DNA of 64,000 nucleotides. Origin: Nitrospirota bacterium (GTDB lineage: Bacteria > Nitrospirota > UBA9217). The translations under genes and the position numbers were made by a program. The notes beneath the pieces are model-generated. The model searched no databases, had not been told where the DNA came from, and saw only the letters and a list, made by a program, of their open reading frames with translations. Numbering within the stretch: the stretch's first letter is position 1; each line of letters begins with the position of its first letter. Positions 10,070 to 19,870 of the stretch are shown here, piece after piece. The stretch covers positions 1 through 64,000 of the forward strand of contig CAWIYV010000001.1 in NCBI GenBank assembly GCA_963840455.1. The letters are read 5' to 3'.

Positions 10070-11284
10070 CTATTTACCCACGGCTGAACCCATCTGGAAT
10101 ATGGGCATGTACATGGCGATGATGACGAAACCGACGGTGGTGCCGAGGAAGATCATGAGCATCGGTTCCAGCATGGACGTGAGGGCCGCCACGGCCGAGT
10201 CCACCTCTTCATCGTAGAAGTCCGCTATCTTGTTGAGCATGTTGTCCAGGGCGCCGGTGGCCTCGCCGACGGAGATCATCTGGGTGACCATGGGCGGGAA
10301 GACCTTTGCCTTGGTGAGCGGTTCTGCCAGCGTCTTACCTTCGCTCACGCTCTGCCGCGTCTGCATGATCGCTTCTTCGACGACCTTGTTCCCCGCCGTC
10401 TTGGCCACGATGATGAGGCCTTCCAGGATCGGCACGCCGCTGGTCATGAGCGTTCCCAGCGTCCGGGTGAATTTTGCAACCGCAACCCTGATGACCAGCG
10501 ATCCCATGACGGGGATTTTCATGGCAATGCGGTCGGTCGTGCGCAAGCCGGCATCCGTCTTTCTCCATTTTTTGATACCGAATATGGTCCCGACAATGGA
10601 CAAGAGCAGGATCAGTCCGCCCCAGCCTTTGAGGAAATCGCTGAACGCAATAACAATTCTGGTAGGCAAAGGCAGTGCCTGGCCAGCCTCCTTGAACATC
10701 GCGGCAAGCATGGGAACTACGACGACCAGGAGGAGGGCCACGACAGCGACCGCCACGAAGAGGATCACCGAAGGATAGATCATGGCCGATTTTATCTGTC
10801 TCTTGATCTTGGCGAACTTCTCCATGTAGGCTGCGAGCCTTCCCAGAATGGTGTCGAGAATACCGCCCGCCTCGCCGGCGGCCACCATGTTCACATACAG
10901 GTTGTCGAAAACTTTCGGGTGCTTTTTCAGGGCATCAGCAAAGGTCGCTCCGCTTTCCACGTCGCTGCGGACCTGGACGATGACCTTGGCCAGCGTCTTA
11001 TTCTCCGTTTGGGACCCCAGGATCTCCAGGCACTGAACAAGAGGCAGTCCCGCATCGATCATGGTCGCGAGCTGGCGGGTGAGAATGACAATGTCCTTAT
11101 CGGTGACCTTCGGCTGTCCAAAGCTCAGCTTTATTTCCCTGGATTTAGCGGAAACAGTGACCGGGGTGATGTTCTGCTTGCGCAGAAGGGCCATGACCTC
11201 TTCTTTGTTATTGGCCGAGATCTCTCCCTTCTGAACGTTCCCCTGCCGGCTCTTCCCTTCCCACAGAAAAACAGTTGTTGCCAT
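10070..11284 (-). CDS. pilC: Type IV pilus inner-membrane platform protein
   Basis: Motifs TRQLATMIDAGLPL, NMVAAGEAGGILD, QMISVGEATGALD, MYMPIF. Confidence 0.95.
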   Translation of the reverse strand: MATTVFLWEGKSRQGNVQKGEISANNKEEVMALLRKQNITPVTVSAKSREIKLSFGQPKVTDKDIVILTRQLATMIDAGLPLVQCLEILGSQTENKTLAKVIVQVRSDVESGATFADALKKHPKVFDNLYVNMVAAGEAGGILDTILGRLAAYMEKFAKIKRQIKSAMIYPSVILFVAVAVVALLLVVVVPMLAAMFKEAGQALPLPTRIVIAFSDFLKGWGGLILLLSIVGTIFGIKKWRKTDAGLRTTDRIAMKIPVMGSLVIRVAVAKFTRTLGTLMTSGVPILEGLIIVAKTAGNKVVEEAIMQTRQSVSEGKTLAEPLTKAKVFPPMVTQMISVGEATGALDNMLNKIADFYDEEVDSAVAALTSMLEPMLMIFLGTTVGFVIIAMYMPIFQMGSAVGK

Positions 11285-11351
11285 GGTTCACCTCATCCTG
11301 TTCGGGTTGATTAAAGTACCCTATCCAGTGTTCCGCTGCACACCGTGACGG

Positions 11352-12455
11352 CTACCGGTAATCTTTCGGCGTTGTCTGGGCTGAAGCAAGCCCTGAACGG
11401 CCGAGCATCTGTATCAGTTCATCGGGGTTGGACGATCGGCCGACGGTATCGTCATAGGAAATTTGTTTTTTAACAAACAGATCATACAAGGACTGGTTCA
11501 GCGTCTGCATGCCGAATTTCGTCTGGCCCGTCTGCATGATCGAGTATATCTGGTGTATCTTGTCCTCGCGGATCAGGTTCCGTATCGCGGCGTTCGGGAT
11601 CATGACCTCCATCGCCATGACCCGGCCGCCGCCGAGCTTCGGTATGAGCTGCTGGGATACGACCCCTTCAAGCACGAATGACAGCTGCGCCCTGACCTGT
11701 GATTGCTGGTGAGGCGGGAAGACGTCAATGATGCGGTTCATGGTCTGTGCCGCAGAGTTGGTGTGCAGCGTTGCAAAGGTGAGGTGTCCGGTCTCCGCGA
11801 TGGTAAGGGCGGCTTCGATAGTCTCCAGATCGCGCATTTCGCCGATAAGCACCACGTCCGGGTCCTGGCGCAGGATGTATTTCAGCGCGTCCTTGAACGA
11901 CTTCGTATCGGCATTCACTTCTCGCTGGTTGACCAGACATTTTTTGTGAGGATGAAGGTACTCAATGGGGTCCTCGATAGTGATGATGTGCTCCTGGCGC
12001 TCCGAATTGATCTTGTCGACCATCGACGCAAGGGTGGTGGATTTACCGCTTCCCGTAGGACCCGTGACCAGGATCAGCCCCCGGGGCTTCTTGCAGAGGT
12101 CTGAGACGATCTCGGGCAGGCCAAGCTCCTGAAAGGTCCTGATCTTGAACGGGATGGTTCTGATCGCCGCGGCGACGGCACCGCGTTGCACGAAGATATT
12201 GGCGCGGAAGCGGGAGAGGTTCTTGACGCCGAAGGAAAGGTCGAGCTCGTTGTTCTCTTCGAACTTGTGCTTCTGGGCGTCGGTCAGGATGCTGTAGCAG
12301 AGGTCTTTCGTCTGGTTCGCGCCGAGTGGCTCAAGACCCGGAATCGGCTTCATCTTGCCGTCGACACGGATCGAAGGAGGAATGCCGGTGCTGATATGCA
12401 GGTCCGAGGCGCCTTTCTCGATCATGTATTTGAGGAGATCATGCAGATTTGCCAT
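11352..12455 (-). CDS. pilT: Type IV pilus retraction ATPase
   Basis: Motifs GPTGSGKSTT, LRQDPDVVLIGEMRD, AETGHL, AIRNLIRE, GMQT. Confidence 0.97.
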   Translation of the reverse strand: MANLHDLLKYMIEKGASDLHISTGIPPSIRVDGKMKPIPGLEPLGANQTKDLCYSILTDAQKHKFEENNELDLSFGVKNLSRFRANIFVQRGAVAAAIRTIPFKIRTFQELGLPEIVSDLCKKPRGLILVTGPTGSGKSTTLASMVDKINSERQEHIITIEDPIEYLHPHKKCLVNQREVNADTKSFKDALKYILRQDPDVVLIGEMRDLETIEAALTIAETGHLTFATLHTNSAAQTMNRIIDVFPPHQQSQVRAQLSFVLEGVVSQQLIPKLGGGRVMAMEVMIPNAAIRNLIREDKIHQIYSIMQTGQTKFGMQTLNQSLYDLFVKKQISYDDTVGRSSNPDELIQMLGRSGLASAQTTPKDYR

Positions 12456-12518
12456 TCGTATACCTCATGCGCGGGTTTAGTCTCATTCTGCCTGCCTCAG
12501 CCTGCCGAGGGCGGACCT

Positions 12519-14357
12519 TTATTGGGTGTCGGGGAACGTGTTCTCGAGCACTTCTTCGAGTGAGGTCAGACCTTCTTTGATCTTCAGCAGTCCGCTCGCG
12601 CGGAGCGTTTTCATGCCCAATGCCACCGCCTGTTTCTTGAGATCAAGGACTGATGCACCTTGCAGGACCAGTTCCTTGATCTCTTCCCTGATCGGCATGA
12701 TCTCATAGAGGGCAACGCGGCCCTTGTAGCCGGTCTTATTGCAGATATCACAACCGGTGCCTTTGTAGGTTACGAGAGATTGAGCTTCCTCCTTGGTGAA
12801 GCCCGCGTCGATCAGGACCTGCGGCGGCAGCTTTTCCGTTTTTTTGCAGTTCTGACAGATCTTGCGCACGAGCCGCTGGGCCATGATGAGGACCACGGCC
12901 GAAGACACGAGGAACGGTTCAACGCCCATGTTGAGCAGGCGGTTGATCGTGCCGGGAGCATCGTTCGTGTGAAGCGTGGACAGCACTAGGTGGCCGGTGA
13001 GGGCCGCTTTGACGCCGATCTCCGCCGTCTCGTAATCGCGGATCTCTCCTACCATGATGACATCGGGGTCCTGACGGAGGAAGGAGCGGAGCGCTGCAGC
13101 GAAGTTGAGCCCGATGTCGTCCTTCATCTGGACCTGGTTGATGCCCGCCAGGTTGAACTCAACAGGGTCCTCTGCGGTCATAATATTGGTGTCGTCCTTG
13201 TTCAATTCGGACAGCGCGGAATAGAGGGTCGTTGTCTTTCCGCTTCCCGTCGGGCCGGTCACGAGGACCATGCCGTAGGGTCTGTCAAGCGCTTCTTTCA
13301 GGAGGGCGATCTGGTCGGTCCCGAACCCGAGCTTGGTCATATCGAGCTGCAGGTTCGACTTGTCGAGAAGACGCATGACGACCTTTTCGCCGAACAGGGT
13401 CGGGAGCACGGAAACACGGAAGTCCATGGTCTTCTTCCCGCCCATCTTAAGCTTGATGCGACCGTCCTGCGGGAGCCTGCGTTCCGCGATGTCAAGGCTG
13501 GACATGATCTTGACCCGCGATATGACAGCGTTCTTGATCTTCAAGGGGAGCCCCATGACCGTGTGAAGAGAACCGTCGAGACGGTAGCGGACCCGGAAGC
13601 TTTTTTCATAGGGTTCGATATGGATATCGCTTACGCCCATGGTCGCTGCGCGCAGCAGGATGCCGTTCACGAGCTTAATGATTGGAGCTTCCACCTCGCC
13701 GGTCACCGAATCCTGCTGCTCCTCGACAACTTCCATGTCTTCCACAGCACCGTGGACCAGGTTATCGAAATCCTCGACCTCCACCACGCCGCCGGTGTCA
13801 AGGATATCCTCTTCATCCTCCTTCATGCCCTCCATGCTGTAGTCTTTGGCATCGAGAGTCATCTTCTTGTCATCCTTACCAGCGACCGAAGGAGCAGAGC
13901 CCGGCCTCTGGGTGACAATGGACTTCGCTCCGCCGTAGTACTTCTTGATCGTCTCGACGATCGCGCCTTCCGTCGCAACGACCGCTTCAACGTTGTAGCC
14001 GGTCATGAACTTGATGTCGTCAATGGCAAAGATGTTCGAGGGGTCCACCATGGCGATGGTGATGGTGGCTCCAGAGCGGTTGATGGGCATGATGCGGTAC
14101 TTCTGGGCCACATCGGATGGAATATGTTTGATGACCGCGGGATTGATCTGGAATTTGCTGAGGTCCACATACGGCACGCCGTACTGTTTGCTCAGGAAGG
14201 TCATCAGTTTGTCTTCCTGGACGAACCCGAGTTTGACCAGGATCGAGCCAAGTCTGCCGCCTTCGGTCTTCTGCGTGGACAGCGCCTTTTTTAACTGATC
14301 ATCCGTGATAAGACCCGATGAAACGAGCATCGCACCGAGTCTGCCTGACATCGCCAT
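12519..14357 (-). CDS. pilB: Type IV-A pilus assembly ATPase
   Basis: MshEN-like N-terminus RLGAMLV...RLGSILV, LDIAERRLPQDGR, Walker A GPTGSGKTT, and a tetracysteine Zn motif. Confidence 0.96.
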   Translation of the reverse strand: MAMSGRLGAMLVSSGLITDDQLKKALSTQKTEGGRLGSILVKLGFVQEDKLMTFLSKQYGVPYVDLSKFQINPAVIKHIPSDVAQKYRIMPINRSGATITIAMVDPSNIFAIDDIKFMTGYNVEAVVATEGAIVETIKKYYGGAKSIVTQRPGSAPSVAGKDDKKMTLDAKDYSMEGMKEDEEDILDTGGVVEVEDFDNLVHGAVEDMEVVEEQQDSVTGEVEAPIIKLVNGILLRAATMGVSDIHIEPYEKSFRVRYRLDGSLHTVMGLPLKIKNAVISRVKIMSSLDIAERRLPQDGRIKLKMGGKKTMDFRVSVLPTLFGEKVVMRLLDKSNLQLDMTKLGFGTDQIALLKEALDRPYGMVLVTGPTGSGKTTTLYSALSELNKDDTNIMTAEDPVEFNLAGINQVQMKDDIGLNFAAALRSFLRQDPDVIMVGEIRDYETAEIGVKAALTGHLVLSTLHTNDAPGTINRLLNMGVEPFLVSSAVVLIMAQRLVRKICQNCKKTEKLPPQVLIDAGFTKEEAQSLVTYKGTGCDICNKTGYKGRVALYEIMPIREEIKELVLQGASVLDLKKQAVALGMKTLRASGLLKIKEGLTSLEEVLENTFPDTQ

Positions 14358-14393
14358 AAGTGCTCCTTGCCCCTCATTTTATAATCAAGAACA

Positions 14394-14422
14394 ATAATAC
14401 TGAAACCACACCGTTCTGTCAA
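14394..14422 (-). promoter_or_regulatory. Sigma70-type promoter upstream of pilB
   Basis: TTGACA-17 nt-TATTAT, then AAGGAG RBS before the ATG. Confidence 0.65.
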
Positions 14423-14447
14423 GTATGCGCTTGATTTTCCTGTTCTT

Positions 14448-15299
14448 TTACCGGTCCCGCATCTGACGGGCAAGGGCCTTTTTCATAACACTCGCCGGCG
14501 CCTTCTTCCCGGTCCATATCTCGAACGCGATCACTCCCTGGTACAGAAGCATTCCGATGCCGCGAAGCGTCTTCGCGCCTCGCAATTGCGCTGTTCTCAG
14601 GAGCCGGGTGTCGGGCGGATTGTATACCAGATCGCATACCAGCTGGCCCTTTCGCATCAAGTCCCGGGACAAGGGCAGCGGATCGCTTTTCTTCAGGCCC
14701 AGCGGGGTGGCATTGATGAGGCAGTCGGCGTCTGGCGCGAGCGTCCGCAGGCTGAATGCATCCGTTACGGTGACCCGGGTAGCCGTAGCGGACCGGATAT
14801 CGTGTCCCAATTTCTCCGCTTTGTCTCGATCGATGTCATGGAGCAGGATGTCTCCCGCCCCTGCGAGGGCCAGTTCGAAACAGACCGCGCGGGCTGCCCC
14901 TCCGGAACCGACCATCAAAAAGGTCTTTCCTTTCGGCCGAAAACCTGTCTCCTCCCGCAACGAGCGGAGGAATCCCTTCCCGTCCGTATTGTGACCGATG
15001 AGCTTTTCGTCCCGCACTTCGATAGTGTTCACCGCACCGATCAACCGGGCATCATCGGTCAAGTCATCCAGGAACGGGAGCACTTTCTCCTTGTGAGGGA
15101 CAGTGATGTTCAGGCCACAGAGCCCCAGGGGGACTATTGCCCTCACCGCATTGCCAAGGTCATCGGGATGCACAGCGAAGGGCACGTAACAGCCATCCAG
15201 CCCGATCGCGGCAAATGCGGCGTTGTGCATGCCCGGCGAGAAGGAATGTTCCACCGGGTGGCCGAAGATCCCAAAGATCGAGGTCTTTCCAGATATCAT
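14448..15299 (-). CDS. aroE: Shikimate dehydrogenase
   Basis: Motifs HSFSPGMHN, GLNITVPHKE, IGAVNT, GHNTDGKGF, GSGGAARA, INATPLG, MLLYQG. Confidence 0.96.
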   Translation of the reverse strand: MISGKTSIFGIFGHPVEHSFSPGMHNAAFAAIGLDGCYVPFAVHPDDLGNAVRAIVPLGLCGLNITVPHKEKVLPFLDDLTDDARLIGAVNTIEVRDEKLIGHNTDGKGFLRSLREETGFRPKGKTFLMVGSGGAARAVCFELALAGAGDILLHDIDRDKAEKLGHDIRSATATRVTVTDAFSLRTLAPDADCLINATPLGLKKSDPLPLSRDLMRKGQLVCDLVYNPPDTRLLRTAQLRGAKTLRGIGMLLYQGVIAFEIWTGKKAPASVMKKALARQMRDR

Positions 15300-16606
15300 A
15301 GTGTGCTCCTCTTGCGAAGATGCATACCCGGGGTCTTGAGCAGACCAACCAGATCGCTGAACGTATTGACCGCCCGTATTGGGACGCCTGCGGCCGCTTC
15401 CATGTCGGCCAGTTTCAGGTTGTCAAGGAATATTCCCTCGTCTTCCTTGAGAGCATTGGCCGGGATCACGAGGACGGACCCCAGACGCTTCCCGTTGATG
15501 GCCTTCAAGATGTCCTTGCCGGCAAGGAGTCCGGCGACCGTGACCGAAGGTCCGAACAACGAATTCTTTGCTGTTATCTGCCTCACCGATGCTCCCGGGA
15601 CCTGCCGGAGCCTGGCGAGGACCGTTCTGAGGATCGGGGCGAACGATACACCGGTAACAGCAGTGATCCGCATCGGAGGCACCCGCGACGGCAGGCGCGT
15701 CCGTTTCGCATCAGCCAGGAATTGGGCGACCATACCTACGCCATTCTCGATCTGCGGCAGGTCCTCATAGAACGACAATGGCGGAACGACCATGCCTGCC
15801 TGGATATACAGCTCGTCTGAGGGGAACACCAGTCTGGTCCTGAACCGTCTCGCGTAGCGAGCGGCAAGCTGCTGCACGGACGCAATGACACGGCGTGCCT
15901 CGCTCTTTCTGAAGGCCCTTAGTCGATAGAGCCCTTGCCGGTAGCTGGTCAGCCCCACAGGGACCACAGCGATGGACTGTACCGCGGGAAACAGGCCTGC
16001 CAGGTCCTCGATGGTCCTGACGAGGTGCTGGCCATCGTTGATGCGGGGGCACAGCACGATCTGGGTATGCATCCGGATGCCGCCGGCGGCAAGCCGCTTC
16101 AGGGAGGCAAGGATGTCAGGAGACTTCCTGCCCCGCATGATGGCAGTGCGAAGGACAGGTTCCGTGGTGTGGACGGAAATATACAGCGGACTGAGGCGTT
16201 GGGCAAATATGCGTTCCCAGTCCTCATCCCGGAGATTGGTCAGCGTTATGTAGTTGCCGTAGAGGAACGAGGCCCGAAAATCGTCATCCCTGACATACAG
16301 GCTCTTGCGGCAGCCCTGCGGCATCTGATCGACGAAACAGAAGATGCATTTATTCCGGCATTGCCTTATGGTAAAGGGACCGAACCGTATCCCCAGCGTA
16401 TCGTCGGGTTCCTTGACGATGCGAAGGGTCCGCAGCGTCCCGTCCGGTTTACGGACCTGCAGTGAAAGCCTTTCATCGGATACGAGGAATTGAAAGTCGA
16501 TGCTGTCGCGGATCTCTCGTCCATTGACCGAGACAAGTTGATCTCCCTGTTTTAGACCGTACCTGGCTGCCGTACCGTCCGGAAGCACGTCGGCGATCTC
16601 GATCAA
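15296..16606 (-). CDS. PDZ + radical-SAM-like DUF512 protein
   Basis: N-terminal PDZ-like segment, CRNKCIFCFVDQMP (CxxxCxxC), SLYVRDDDFRASFLYGNYITLTNL, QIENGVG. Confidence 0.9.
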   Translation of the reverse strand: MIEIADVLPDGTAARYGLKQGDQLVSVNGREIRDSIDFQFLVSDERLSLQVRKPDGTLRTLRIVKEPDDTLGIRFGPFTIRQCRNKCIFCFVDQMPQGCRKSLYVRDDDFRASFLYGNYITLTNLRDEDWERIFAQRLSPLYISVHTTEPVLRTAIMRGRKSPDILASLKRLAAGGIRMHTQIVLCPRINDGQHLVRTIEDLAGLFPAVQSIAVVPVGLTSYRQGLYRLRAFRKSEARRVIASVQQLAARYARRFRTRLVFPSDELYIQAGMVVPPLSFYEDLPQIENGVGMVAQFLADAKRTRLPSRVPPMRITAVTGVSFAPILRTVLARLRQVPGASVRQITAKNSLFGPSVTVAGLLAGKDILKAINGKRLGSVLVIPANALKEDEGIFLDNLKLADMEAAAGVPIRAVNTFSDLVGLLKTPGMHLRKRSTL

Positions 16607-17041
16607 TCAGGCGCTCCTTTTCGAGGCGTACATGTAATCGATGTAGCCGTTGATCTGGGTCTTCGCCTCTTCGGAAACCTGCCGGTACTTCCTGAGCATC
16701 ATGATCTCCTCGATGCTCAGGATCTTCTCGAGGTAGTTGATCTGTTCTTCGGAAAGCGGGTATTTGCGCTTGCCTCGCCGGTACTTTGTCGTGGAGGGCG
16801 AAAGGAAGAACCCCTTCACTTCAGCCGGGACCTTCTCTTGATGTGCCGAAAGGATCAGGACGGACCTGTCCAGTCCAAGCTTATTCGCGATCATAATGAG
16901 GGTCCTGTCCTTGGGGATATGTCCCTTATTGATCGTGACGCGCAGCAGTTCAGGGCTGATGCCCAGTACCTTGGAGGCGTCCTTGAGGTTCTTGAACCCT
17001 TTTTTCTCCAACGCCTGACGTATTAGATCGGAAATTTTCAT
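16607..17041 (-). CDS. Putative Cro/C1-type HTH transcriptional regulator
   Basis: Helix-turn-helix pattern LKDASKVLGISPELLRVTINKGHIP; GGAGG RBS. Confidence 0.65.
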   Translation of the reverse strand: MKISDLIRQALEKKGFKNLKDASKVLGISPELLRVTINKGHIPKDRTLIMIANKLGLDRSVLILSAHQEKVPAEVKGFFLSPSTTKYRRGKRKYPLSEEQINYLEKILSIEEIMMLRKYRQVSEEAKTQINGYIDYMYASKRSA

Positions 17042-17087
17042 GCAATACCTCCTTCATGCAATCGAAAACCCCTGGAAAGGGTCGTAT

Positions 17088-17612
17088 TCAGGCCATGATC
17101 TTCATGCCGCGCAGAACATATTGGATCCCGGATGCAATGGTGAACCCCGCAGTTGCCCAATAGGCGCCTTTGAGAAATTCTGACTTGATGCCATATGCGA
17201 CCAGCACCAGCGTGAGCGTAACGACCAAGAATTGCAGGAATGTGGTCGCTTTTCCCAGGATGGAGGGCTTGATGGTGAGACTCTTGCCGGTAAAATAGAT
17301 GACCAAGCCCCCCAGGGTCAGGATGATGTCCCGGCTCACAACAATGATCACCAACCATACGGGGATCTTGGCGAGAATGGCGAGGGTTACGAACGATGAG
17401 ACGATCAGGAGCTTGTCCGCCATGGGATCAAGGAAGGCCCCGAGCTCCGTCTTGCTGTTGGTCAGTCGTGCTATGGTTCCGTCAAGCGCGTCGGTCAGGC
17501 AGGCTGTGACAAAGACGAGGAGTGCAGGACGATAATACCCATAGATCATGAAATCGATGAAAAAAGGGATCAGAATGATTCGGACCAGCGTGATTGAGTT
17601 GGGAAGATTCAT
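17088..17612 (-). CDS. pgsA: CDP-diacylglycerol--glycerol-3-phosphate 3-phosphatidyltransferase family protein
   Basis: MNLPNSITLVR start and the CDP-alcohol transferase motif TDALDGTIARL...GAFLDPMADK. Confidence 0.85.
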   Translation of the reverse strand: MNLPNSITLVRIILIPFFIDFMIYGYYRPALLVFVTACLTDALDGTIARLTNSKTELGAFLDPMADKLLIVSSFVTLAILAKIPVWLVIIVVSRDIILTLGGLVIYFTGKSLTIKPSILGKATTFLQFLVVTLTLVLVAYGIKSEFLKGAYWATAGFTIASGIQYVLRGMKIMA

Positions 17613-17651
17613 GCCGTTGCCGTTTGCTCGCTCCAAAACAATTTATGTGTG

Positions 17652-17689
17652 ACAACTAATAATATAAACACTATTAGTTGTGAAGTCAA
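17652..17689 (-). promoter_or_regulatory. Promoter with overlapping inverted-repeat operator upstream of pgsA
   Basis: TTGACT-17 nt-TATATT on the minus strand; perfect inverted repeat ACAACTAATA-N10-TATTAGTTGT at 17652-17681. Confidence 0.65.
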
Positions 17690-17762
17690 CCTTTATCTTT
17701 TTGCCCGGCGGGTCCGTGATCTCTGTTGTTTCAGATCCATTGAAGCGCTGTCGTGAGATAAC

Positions 17763-17808
17763 TGGAGCAGGCAGTCAGGATTGAACTGACGACCGGCTGA
17801 TTACAAAT
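17763..17808 (-). mobile_element. 3' fragment of tRNA-Thr(TGT), a probable att site
   Basis: ATTTGTAATCAGCCGGTCGTCAGTTCAATCCTGACTGCCTGCTCCA contains the anticodon loop, T-arm, acceptor 3' strand and CCA. The 5' half is absent and an integrase remnant is adjacent. Confidence 0.8.
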
Positions 17809-17998
17809 GTGACTCGGAACATACACTCCCCTTTCCGCAGAGTTACTTTCCTTGCTTTTCCTTACCGTTATGCGGAATGGAGGAATTTTAACTTCCGTTG
17901 GTCTCCTTCGTAATCCGAACCGCTACTATATAAAAACGATACAATGAATCTCGAGTTAATTGATAGGAGGATTGATGATTGAAGGCTAAAACAGATTC

Positions 17999-18340
17999 TT
18001 GAACCAGAAACAACTTACTCCAAGTGGCATCAAGGGCAACCTTCTCGCCGCAGAATCATTCCTGCGATGGCTGAAGGATCAGGGCAAGGACCACTATGAT
18101 ATCGATCCTGACACCATGAACCATTTCACCGAACATCCTTTACCGTGGAAACCGCAAACCCATATTCTGGCAATCGGTTTTGCGGATGCTTCGGAAGTAC
18201 ACCAAGGCAGCAGGGATACAGGGACGGTGCATCCACATAGCTTCAGGCACAATGGAATCACATGGTGGCTGGACGCAGGAATCGATGGTGAGGTGGTGTC
18301 GAGGAGGGGCGTTTTTCGCCAGATTCTATCGAACGCTTAA
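17999..18340 (+). pseudogene. Tyrosine recombinase/integrase remnant
   Basis: LRKYTKAAGIQG (frame of the 18180 ORF) is followed by VHPHSFRHNGITWWLDAG (box II H-x-x-R). Far too short for a full integrase and no catalytic Tyr box is seen. Confidence 0.7.
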
Positions 18341-18359
18341 TGAGGCTGCGGGCAACTAT

Positions 18360-18737
18360 CTAATTGATCGTCTTTGAAACCTCTTCCGAAAAATTGCTCT
18401 CTCTACCTCGTGTATCAATGGTCGTTACAGCAAAATAATAGGTACCTGACGAAAGATTCAATTTATGGGTAATCGTAGTTTCCCCAGGATTCGCAACCAG
18501 TATTGCCTGTGAATAATTCTGCGTAGATGTCCCATAATAAATCATATATATTGCTATATCTGATTTCGGATTCAGGGGTGACCCATTTTCATATGAAGTT
18601 GGTGCACCCCAACGTAGTGTCGCCGTTCCGCCACCGCCGCCTCCGCTACCGCAAGAGACCAGCGCAAAAACGAAAGTGAAAACTACAACTGCGTATAAAA
18701 CAGCGGATAGTACTGTGCTTGTAGGCGACCGCTTCAT
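18360..18737 (-). CDS. Lipoprotein with a fibronectin type III-like domain
   Basis: Signal peptide ending LVSC, Gly linker, TLRWGAPT...YMIYYGT...GTYYFAVTTID..GRESNFSEEV. Confidence 0.8.
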   Translation of the reverse strand: MKRSPTSTVLSAVLYAVVVFTFVFALVSCGSGGGGGGTATLRWGAPTSYENGSPLNPKSDIAIYMIYYGTSTQNYSQAILVANPGETTITHKLNLSSGTYYFAVTTIDTRGRESNFSEEVSKTIN

Positions 18738-18842
18738 ATAATAACTGCCCCGATTTTTGTACCACAGCGTCTGTGAATTTCGATGTGAAGCATGATGTGG
18801 ATGTTTCTAAGGCAAAACCAGCTTCCGGACATTCGATACAGT

Positions 18843-19673
18843 TTATTCATGGCCGCCGTGCTGGCGCAGCAATTGCACCACATCGTCGAGGTCCCTATAT
18901 CGCTCTTCGTAGGCCGACGCCCACGCAGCCTCGTCAGCGGCCTCCTTCAAAGGCGTCCAGCCGTTGTTTGCCTTGGCATTGACCTCGGCCCCATTGGCCA
19001 GCAGCAATTCCACGACGTCCTTGTGGCCCGATTCCGCCGCCGCGTGCAAAGGCGTCCGGCCGCCGTTGTCCTTGACATTGACATCGGCCCTGTTGGCCAG
19101 TAGCAATTCTACCACGTTCTTGTGGCCTGTTTCCGCCGCCGCGTACAAAGGCGTCCAGCCGTCGTTGTTCTTGGCATTGACATCGGCCCTGTTGGCCAGC
19201 AGCAATTCCACCACGTCCCTGCGGCCCCATCTCGCTGCTGCGTGCAAAGGCGTCTGGCCGTCGTTGATCTTGGCATCGACCTCGGCCTTGTTGGCCAGAA
19301 GCAATTCCACCACGTCCCTGCGGCCCCATCTCGCTGCCCCGTGCAAAGGCGTCCAGCCGTCATTGTTCCTGGTATTGACATCGGCCTTGTTGGCCAGCAG
19401 CAATTCTACCACGCTCTTGTGGCCCGATTCCGCCGCTGCGTGCAAAGGTGTCCAGCCGTTGTTGGCCTTGGTATTGACCTCGGCCTTGTTGGCCAGTAGC
19501 AATTCCACCACGTCCTTATGACCCAATCTCGCCGCCGCGTGCAAAGGCGACCGACCGCCGTGGTCTTTACTAAAAACCAGATCAGGATTGTCTTTGAGCA
19601 GCGTCTTGACTTTTTCTGCAGTGTCAGGCTTTGGCGATTCCTTGACTTCGAATAGTTTCTTCCAGAAGTTCAT
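18843..19673 (-). CDS. Ankyrin-repeat protein
   Basis: Six near-identical 33-aa/99-bp repeats G.TPLH.AA..G...VVELLLAN.A.VN. Confidence 0.95.
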   Translation of the reverse strand: MNFWKKLFEVKESPKPDTAEKVKTLLKDNPDLVFSKDHGGRSPLHAAARLGHKDVVELLLANKAEVNTKANNGWTPLHAAAESGHKSVVELLLANKADVNTRNNDGWTPLHGAARWGRRDVVELLLANKAEVDAKINDGQTPLHAAARWGRRDVVELLLANRADVNAKNNDGWTPLYAAAETGHKNVVELLLANRADVNVKDNGGRTPLHAAAESGHKDVVELLLANGAEVNAKANNGWTPLKEAADEAAWASAYEERYRDLDDVVQLLRQHGGHE

Positions 19674-19870
19674 GGAGTGCCTCCTTTGAGCAGCGCATTG
19701 ACCTTTCCCAATTTACGATTTACAATCCCGGGCCGCGTCCTGAATCTCGTCGCAGAAGGCGAAACTGCTCCAAGTCAGCGGCGACAGCGTGCCCGCAGTG
19801 CAGCGGGAATTGAAGAATTGCAGCAGTCGGTTTATATCCCCTTCCCCTGTTTTGAACGAAAGAAAAGCGT

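Noticed and set aside
17763-17840. Intact tRNA-Thr gene
   Set aside because: The 5' acceptor strand, D-arm and 5' anticodon stem are missing; only the 3' half is present.
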